A DNA stretch of 32,000 nt from Candidatus Saccharimonadota bacterium (GTDB lineage: Bacteria; Bacteroidota; Bacteroidia; Cytophagales; Amoebophilaceae), in the NCBI RefSeq assembly GCF_936981045.1, contig NZ_OW441264.1, positions 240,001 through 272,000 of the forward strand. The letters run 5' to 3'. The notes beneath the pieces were generated by a model that saw nothing but the letters and a program-made list of their open reading frames with translations, was not told the DNA's origin and made no database searches. The position numbers and the translations under genes were made by a program. Every line of letters starts with the position of its first letter. The first letter of the stretch is position 1. Of the stretch, positions 20,101-29,100 are shown piece after piece.

Positions 20101-23100
20101 AATTATCCTGATTTAATTGGTAAGGAAGCGCATGAAGATATAAAAATAAGCTTTAAAGAATCGGTAGAGAAACTGGACTATCCATTAGCGGTAATAGCTT
20201 ATGAAGCCAATCATCAGTTAACTTTTGTGCTTAAATATGCAGGAGAATTATTTAGCAAAGATACTATAGCAGATTTATTATTGATCGTTCAAGGCTTACT
20301 TGAACAAATAGCTAGTGATCCTGATCAGCAGGTATCTAATCTGGATTATCTTACCCCAGCACAGTATAATCAAATTATAGCTACCTGGAATGATACAGAT
20401 AAAGCATATCCAGCTCATAAGACCATTCATCAATTGTTTGAAGAACAGGTAGAGAAGACTCCAGGTCATATAGCAGTAGTATATGAAGAGGTAAAGCTTA
20501 CTTATAAAGAGCTAAATGAGAAATCTAACCAGTTAGCCAACTATTTAATAAAACATTATCAGATTCAACCTGATGCGTTAATAGCCTTGTGTTTGGACCG
20601 TAGTGAGCATATGTTGATAGCGATTCTAGCTGTGTTAAAAGCTGGAGGAGCCTATGTACCCATTGACCCAAGCTATCCTGATGAGCGAGTTCAGTATATA
20701 CTAGAAGATACTGATACTAAATTAGTATTGACTAATCAGGTCCATCAGCAAAGGTTAGAAGCTATTAGTCAATATAATTTGACCAATACAGCTGGAATAG
20801 CCAATCAGGAAGATGTAGCAGTAAGTCAACTATGCGACATCTTAGCTATAGATGGTAAGCCTTTAGGGGAACAATTATTGTTACAATCAATAGCTAATCC
20901 AAATACAGAAACAATAAGTACTCATTTAGCCTATGTAATCTATACTTCAGGAACTACTGGTAAGCCTAAGGGGGTATTACAACTGCATGGTAATATTATG
21001 AGGTTATTTACAGCAACAGATAATTGGTATCAGTTTAGTGATAAAGAGGTTTGGACATTATTCCATGCCTATATATTTGACTTTAGTGTGTGGGAGATAT
21101 GGGGAGCATTGCTTTACGGAGGCAAGTTGGTTATACCCTCCTATGAGGAAACAAGAGAGCTCAACTTGTTTTACGAGTTATGCAATAAGGAGCAAGTAAC
21201 CATATTAAACCAAACGCCTGGTGCTTTTTATCAATTTATAGAGATAGCTATTCATAAGGAAAAACTAACCCACTTAAGGTATGTTATATTTGGTGGTGAA
21301 GTCTTAAAGCCCTTCCAATTACAAGATTGGTTTGCTTGCTATGGCTATGATCAGCCTAAGTTAATCAATATGTATGGTATTACAGAAACTGCTGTGCATG
21401 TCACCCATAAACCAATAACACAACAGGATTTGGTAGCGTACTCATATATAGGTAAGATCATACCTGATTTAAAATCATATGTATTAGATACCACCTTAAC
21501 TCCCCTACCTATAGGAGCTATAGGAGAATTGTATATAGGCGGAGCAGGTCTAGCCCGAGGTTACTTAAACAGATCTGACCTTACCGCTGAGCGGTTTATA
21601 GCTAATCCATTCCAAACTGGAGAAGAGAAAAGATTAGGAAAGAATGCAAGATTATATAAAACGGGAGATTTAGTACGTTGGTTACCAGATGGTAATTTGG
21701 AGTGTATAGGAAGGAATGATTTCCAAGTTAAAATTAGAGGTTATCGTATTGAATTAGGAGAAGTTGAAACTGCTTTATCCAGTTATCCAGCTATTAAACA
21801 AAGTGTGGTACTAGCTAGAGAGCATAAGGACAAGGCAGAGGGTGGAGCTGGTCATAAATATCTAGTGGGTTATTATGTATCAGAGACTAGATTAGATGAA
21901 GGAGCAATACTTAATTATCTGCAATCTAAATTACCAGACTATATGGTACCTGCTCTATTGGTACACCTAGATCAGCTACCTCTTACCATTAATGGTAAAT
22001 TGGATAGAAAAGCTTTACCAGAGCCTGAATTTACCAATCAAGGTGGTTATGTAGCGCCAAGGAATGGGCTAGAAAAAAAGGTATGCCAGATATGGGCAGA
22101 GGTATTAGGATTGGATGAAGATAAAGTAGGCATAGAGGATGATTTCTTTAGATTAGGGGGAGATAGTATTGTAAGTATTCAGTTGGTCAGTAGATTAAGG
22201 CAAAAGCTAGGATTACATATTGGTGTTAAAGATATTTTTACTTATAAAACCATTGAAAAACTTTATGATCATGTCTTGAGTAAAAAGGTAGATAGTGATG
22301 CACAGTTAAAAACTGAGCAAGGTATACTAACGGGTGAACTACCCTTACTACCGGTACAACAATGGTTCTTTGCACATAACTTTACCGCTGCTCATCATTG
22401 GAATCAAGCATTTCTAATCAAAACACTTAATTTAGATTTAAATCAACTAGAAAAAGGTATAGCGCAATTGGTCCAGCACCATGATGGCTTTAGGTTAAGG
22501 TATAAGAAAGTAGCAGAGCAGGAGCATTATGGGCAATATTATGATGCAAATGCAGCAGTAGAACCACTAAAGGTGTTAGATGTTAGGACGTTACCAGTTA
22601 AAGAAGGTAGTAAATCATTTGAGGCTAAGTTACAGGAAGTATTAGCCGATTGGCAAAGTGGATTTGATTTGGAAAATGGACCAGTCTATAACATAGGCTA
22701 TATCCATGGGTATCAAGATGGTAGTAGCCGCATCCATTTTTCCCTACACCATTTAATAGTAGATGCGGTAAGTTGGCGTATATTGACTGAAGATCTAAAG
22801 GCTATTTACCATGGTCATAAGTTAGGCTTAAAAGGCAGTAGTTACCGCCAATGGGTGCATGCAGTAGAGGAATATGCAGCTAGTCATGCATCTGAAAAAG
22901 ACTACTGGATCCATGTTTTATCCGATTATAACAGCAGTCCGTTGAATGGTTTGATGGTCAGTGAAACTACCTGCCACTACAGTAGTCTACAACTAAGCAA
23001 GCAACAAACGGTTCGGTTGTTACAGAAAAGTAACCAAGCCTACCATACCCAAATCAATGATCTATTGTTGACAGCCCTTGGTTATAGTTTAGCTGAAATC

Positions 23101-26100
23101 ACTGGCCATAGGGTTAACCATATTGTGTTAGAAGGTCATGGTCGAGAAGCGATTGATGGTAGTATTGATGTAACTAGAACATTAGGTTGGTTCACTACCA
23201 TCTATCCGGTTCGCTTAGAGATCAGTGCATCATTAGCAGATAGTATCAAGCATATCAAGGGCAATCTAAGAAAGATCCCCCATAAGGGCATAGGTTACGG
23301 CACTTTATTGGGTTATAAAAAGGATCTACCCAAGATAAGTTTTAATTACCTAGGACAATTTGATAAGAAAGATGGAACATTAGATGGATGGCCTATTGTT
23401 AGTGAAGCGGCTGGTATAACCGTAGATGGTGCCAATCAAGATCCTTGTATTATTAATATCAATGGCCTAGTAATCAATGGTCAACTTCAGTTTGATATAT
23501 CCAGTAAGCTAGATATAGCCACTACCCAAAAACTGGCTGACGCGTTTAAGCAAAAACTGGAAGAGGTCATTGATCATACCGTAGGGCAAACCAGAAGTCA
23601 TTTAACCACAAGTGATATAGATTACATTATCAGTCAAGAGCGGTTAGATCTATTACAGGAATCCAGAGAAATAGAAGGAGTATATTTGGCCAATAGCTTA
23701 CAACAAGGCTTTATCTACCATGCTTTAAGCCAAGGAGACATCGATGATGCCTATCGCATACAAGTGATTTGGGAATATCATACTTCATTAGATGTTGATC
23801 ACTTAAAAGAAGCTTGGACATTGGCTCAAGCTAAGTTTGGTAGTTTACGATTAAGACTAGACTGGCAAGGGGAGTTGATTCAAATAATAGATAGGGTAGG
23901 TTACTTAAATTGGCATTATATCGATATAAGTCAAATGCAAGATCTGGCTGCCCAATCTACTAAGATTAAGCAAATTCAAGAACAAGATCGACAGGAACCC
24001 TATAACCTAGCCTTAGGTAATCTGTTTAGAGTATATTTAATTAAACAAAAGAAAGATTTATATACCTGCATTTTTAGTAATCACCATGCCATACTAGATG
24101 GTTGGAGCAACCAAATACTATTGAAATATGTGCATGATACTTACTTAAAACTACAAGCGCAAGCAGTTATACCATTAAAAGTAGATGCTAGTTATCCAGC
24201 CGCACAGCAATATATACAGACTCATCAGGCAGCCAATAAGGATTACTGGGATGGATATATAGCACAAATAGAAGAACGAACTGACTTAAGTGGATTATTA
24301 TCTAGTAGTAGCAAACAGTTACATATCAATGAGCATAGACACATTCGTAATCCCCAGGATCAAGTAGTAAGCATTATAGGTAATCTGTATGATGGATTAA
24401 AGCAATTAAGCCAGGTAGCAGGTGTAACTTTAAATGCGTTGCTACAATATGTATGGCATAAAGTATTAAGTATTTATGGAAACAGTCTTCAAACGGTAGT
24501 AGGTACTACTGTGTCAGGTAGAAATCTTCCTATAGATGATATAGAACACTCGGTAGGGTTATATATCAATACCCTTCCTTTGGTAGTAACCCATCAAGGT
24601 GATATAAGCGTTATAGAGGCTATCAGGAAGATCCAAAGCGATATCAATGAGATCAATAGCAGAAGCGATATAAGCTTGGCTAAGCTACAGAAAGAGGGTC
24701 AAAGGTTATTTGATAGCTTATTTGTATATGAAAATTATCCTGATTTAATTGGTAAGGAAGCGCATGAAGATATAAAAATAAGCTTTAAAGAATCGGTAGA
24801 GAAACTGGACTATCCATTAGCGGTAATAGCTTATGAAGCCAATCATCAGTTAACTTTTGCGCTTAAATATGCAGGAGAATTATTTAGCAAAGATGCTATA
24901 GCAGATTTATTATTGATCGTTCAAAGCTTACTTGAACAAATAGCTGGTGATCCTGATCAGCAGGTATCTAATCTGGATTATCTTACCCCAGCACAGTATA
25001 ATCAAATTATAGCTACCTGGAATGCTACAGATAAAGCATATCCAGCTCATAAGACCATTCATCAATTGTTTGAAGAACAGGTAGAGAAGACTCCAGGTCG
25101 TATAGCAGTAGTATATGAAGAGGTAAAGCTTACTTATAAAGAGCTAAATGAGAAATCTAACCAGTTAGCCAACTATTTAATAAAACATTATCAGATTCAA
25201 CCTGATGCGTTAATAGCCTTGTGTTTGGACCGTAGTGAGCATATGTTGATAGCGATTCTAGCTGTGTTAAAAGCTGGAGGAGCCTATGTACCCATTGACC
25301 CAAGCTATCCTGATGAGCGAGTTCAGTATATACTAGAAGATACTGATACTAAATTAGTATTGACTAATCAGGTCCATCAGCAAAGGTTAGAAGCTATTAG
25401 TCAATATAATTTGACCAATACAGTTGGAATAGCCAATCAGGAAGGTGTGGCAATAAGTCAACTATGCGACATCTTAGCTATAGATGGTAAGCCTTTAGGG
25501 GAACAATTATTATTACAATCAATAGCTAATCCAAATACAGAAACAATAAGTACTCATTTAGCCTATGTAATCTATACTTCAGGAACTACTGGTAGACCTA
25601 AAGGAGTCATGATAGAACATAAAGGGGTCGTGAATTTAAGATATGATTTAACAGGTAGGTATCAGCTTGGTCATACAGATAATAATGAAGCTATTTTACA
25701 ATTTGCTGATTATGTGTTTGACGCTTCAGTAGAGCAAATGGTATTGCCTCTATTAGGTGGTCACCTGTTGGTACTTATTCCAAACCAGTTATGGTTAGAT
25801 AAACAACAGTTTTATAATTATCTAATTACCCATAAAGTTACTCATATGCATGCTACGCCTGCCTTTTTAGAGCAATGTAATTTTAGCCAAATTGCAAGTT
25901 TGAAGAGATTGGTATGTGGAGGCGACTTACTCAGTCAAGATCGCTACAACAAAATAAAGCTAGCGGTAGGTGATGATCTCACCATAATAAATGAATATGG
26001 ACCTACGGAAGCATCTATAACTTCTACAGTTAGTGTTATCCAACATAATACTCTAATCACGATAGGAGTGCCTATTTCCAATATGAGGTGCTATATATTA

Positions 26101-29100
26101 GATGATAGCCTAACCCCCTTACCCATAGGGGCGATAGGAGAATTATACATAGGCGGAGCAGGTCTATCCCGAGGTTACTTAAACAGATCTGACCTTACCG
26201 CTGAGCGGTTTATAGCTAACCCATTCCAAACTGGAGAAGAGAAAAGATTAGGAAAGAATGCAAGATTATATAAAACGGGAGATTTAGTACGTTGGTTACC
26301 AGATGGTAATTTGGAGTGTATAGGAAGGAATGATTTCCAAGTTAAAATTAGAGGTTATCGTATTGAATTAGGAGAAGTTGAAACTGCTTTATCCAGTTAT
26401 CCAGCTATTAAACAAAGTGTGGTACTAGCTAGAGAGCATAAGGACAAGGCAGAGGGTGGAGCTGGTCATAAATATCTAGTGGGTTATTATGTATCAGAGA
26501 CTAGATTAGATGAAGGAGCAATACTTAATTATCTGCAATCTAAATTACCAGACTATATGGTACCTGCTCTATTGGTACACCTAGATCAGCTACCTCTTAC
26601 CATTAATGGTAAATTGGATAGAAAAGCTTTACCAGAGCCTGAATTTACCAATCAAGGTGGTTATGTAGCGCCAAGGAATGAGCTAGAAAAAAAGGTATGC
26701 CAGATATGGGCAGAGGTATTAGGATTGGATGAAGATAAAGTAGGCATAGAGGATGATTTCTTTAGATTAGGGGGAGATAGTATTGTAAGTATTCAGTTGG
26801 TCAGTAGATTAAGGCAAAAGCTAGGATTACATATTGGTGTTAAAGATATTTTTACTTATAAAACCATTGAAAAACTTTATGATCATGTCTTGAGTAAAAA
26901 GGTAGATAGTGATGCACAGTTAAAAACTGAGCAAGGTATACTAACGGGTGAACTACCCTTACTACCGGTACAACAATGGTTCTTTGCACATAACTTTACC
27001 GCTGCTCATCATTGGAATCAAGCATTTCTAATCAAAACACTTAATTTAGATTTAAATCAACTAGAAAAAGGTATAGCGCAATTGGTCCAGCACCATGATG
27101 GCTTTAGGTTAAGGTATAAGAAAGTAGCAGAGCAGGAGCATTATGGGCAATATTATGATGCAAATGCAGCAGTAGAACCACTAAAGGTGTTAGATGTTAG
27201 GACGTTACCAGTTAAAGAAGGTAGTAAATCATTTGAGGCTAAGTTACAGGAAGTATTAGCCGATTGGCAAAGTGGATTTGATTTGGAAAATGGACCAGTC
27301 TATAACATAGGCTATATCCATGGGTATCAAGATGGTAGTAGCCGCATCCATTTTTCCCTACACCATTTAATAGTAGATGCGGTAAGTTGGCGTATATTGA
27401 CTGAAGATCTAAAGGCTATTTACCATGGTCATAAGTTAGGCTTAAAAGGCAGTAGTTACCGCCAATGGGTGCATGCAGTAGAGGAATATGCAGCTAGTCA
27501 TGCATCTGAAAAAGACTACTGGATCCATGTTTTATCCGATTATAACAGCAGTCCGTTGAATGGTTTGATGGTCAGTGAAACTACCTGCCACTACAGTAGT
27601 CTACAACTAAGCAAGCAACAAACGGTTCGGTTGTTACAGAAAAGTAACCAAGCCTACCATACCCAAATCAATGATCTATTGTTGACAGCCCTTGGTTATA
27701 GTTTAGCTGAAATCACTGGCCATAGGGTTAACCATATTGTGTTAGAAGGTCATGGTCGAGAAGCGATTGATGGTAGTATTGATGTAACTAGAACATTAGG
27801 TTGGTTCACTACCATCTATCCGGTTCGCTTAGAGATCAGTGCATCATTAGCAGATAGTATCAAGCATATCAAGGGCAATCTAAGAAAGATCCCCCATAAG
27901 GGCATAGGTTACGGCACTTTATTGGGTTATAAAAAGGATCTACCCAAGATAAGTTTTAATTACCTAGGACAATTTGATAAGAAAGATGGAACATTAGATG
28001 GATGGCCTATTGTTAGTGAAGCGGCTGGTATAACCGTAGATGGTGCCAATCAAGATCCTTGTATTATTAATATCAATGGCCTAGTAATCAATGGTCAACT
28101 TCAGTTTGATATATCCAGTAAGCTAGATATAGCCACTACCCAAAAACTGGCTGACGCGTTTAAGCAAAAACTGGAAGAGGTCATTGATCATACCGTAGGG
28201 CAAACCAGAAGTCATTTAACCACAAGTGATATAGATTACATTATCAGTCAAGAGCGGTTAGATCTATTACAGGAATCCAGAGAAATAGAAGGAGTATATT
28301 TGGCCAATAGCTTACAACAAGGCTTTATCTACCATGCTTTAAGCCAAGGAGACATCGATGATGCCTATCGCATACAAGTGATTTGGGAATATCATACTTC
28401 ATTAGATGTTGATCACTTAAAAGAAGCTTGGACATTGGCTCAAGCTAAGTTTGGTAGTTTACGATTAAGACTAGACTGGCAAGGGGAGTTGATTCAAATA
28501 ATAGATAGGGTAGGTTACTTAAATTGGCATTATATCGATATAAGTCAAATGCAAGATCTGGCTGCCCAATCTACTAAGATTAAGCAAATTCAAGAACAAG
28601 ATCGACAGGAACCCTATAACCTAGCCTTAGGTAATCTGTTTAGAGTATATTTAATTAAACAAAAGAAAGATTTATATACCTGCATTTTTAGTAATCACCA
28701 TGCCATACTAGATGGTTGGAGCAACCAAATACTATTGAAATATGTGCATGATACTTACTTAAAACTACAAGCGCAAGCAGTTATACCATTAAAAGTAGAT
28801 GCTAGTTATCCAGCCGCACAGCAATATATACAGACTCATCAGGCAGCCAATAAGGATTACTGGGATGGATATATAGCACAAATAGAAGAACGAACTGACT
28901 TAAGTGGATTATTATCTAGTAGTAGCAAACAGTTACATATCAATGAGCATAGACACATTCGTAATCCCCAGGATCAAGTAGTAAGCATTATAGGTAATCT
29001 GTATGATGGATTAAAGCAATTAAGCCAGGTAGCAGGTGTAACTTTAAATGCGTTGCTACAATATGTATGGCATAAAGTATTAAGTATTTATGGAAACAGT

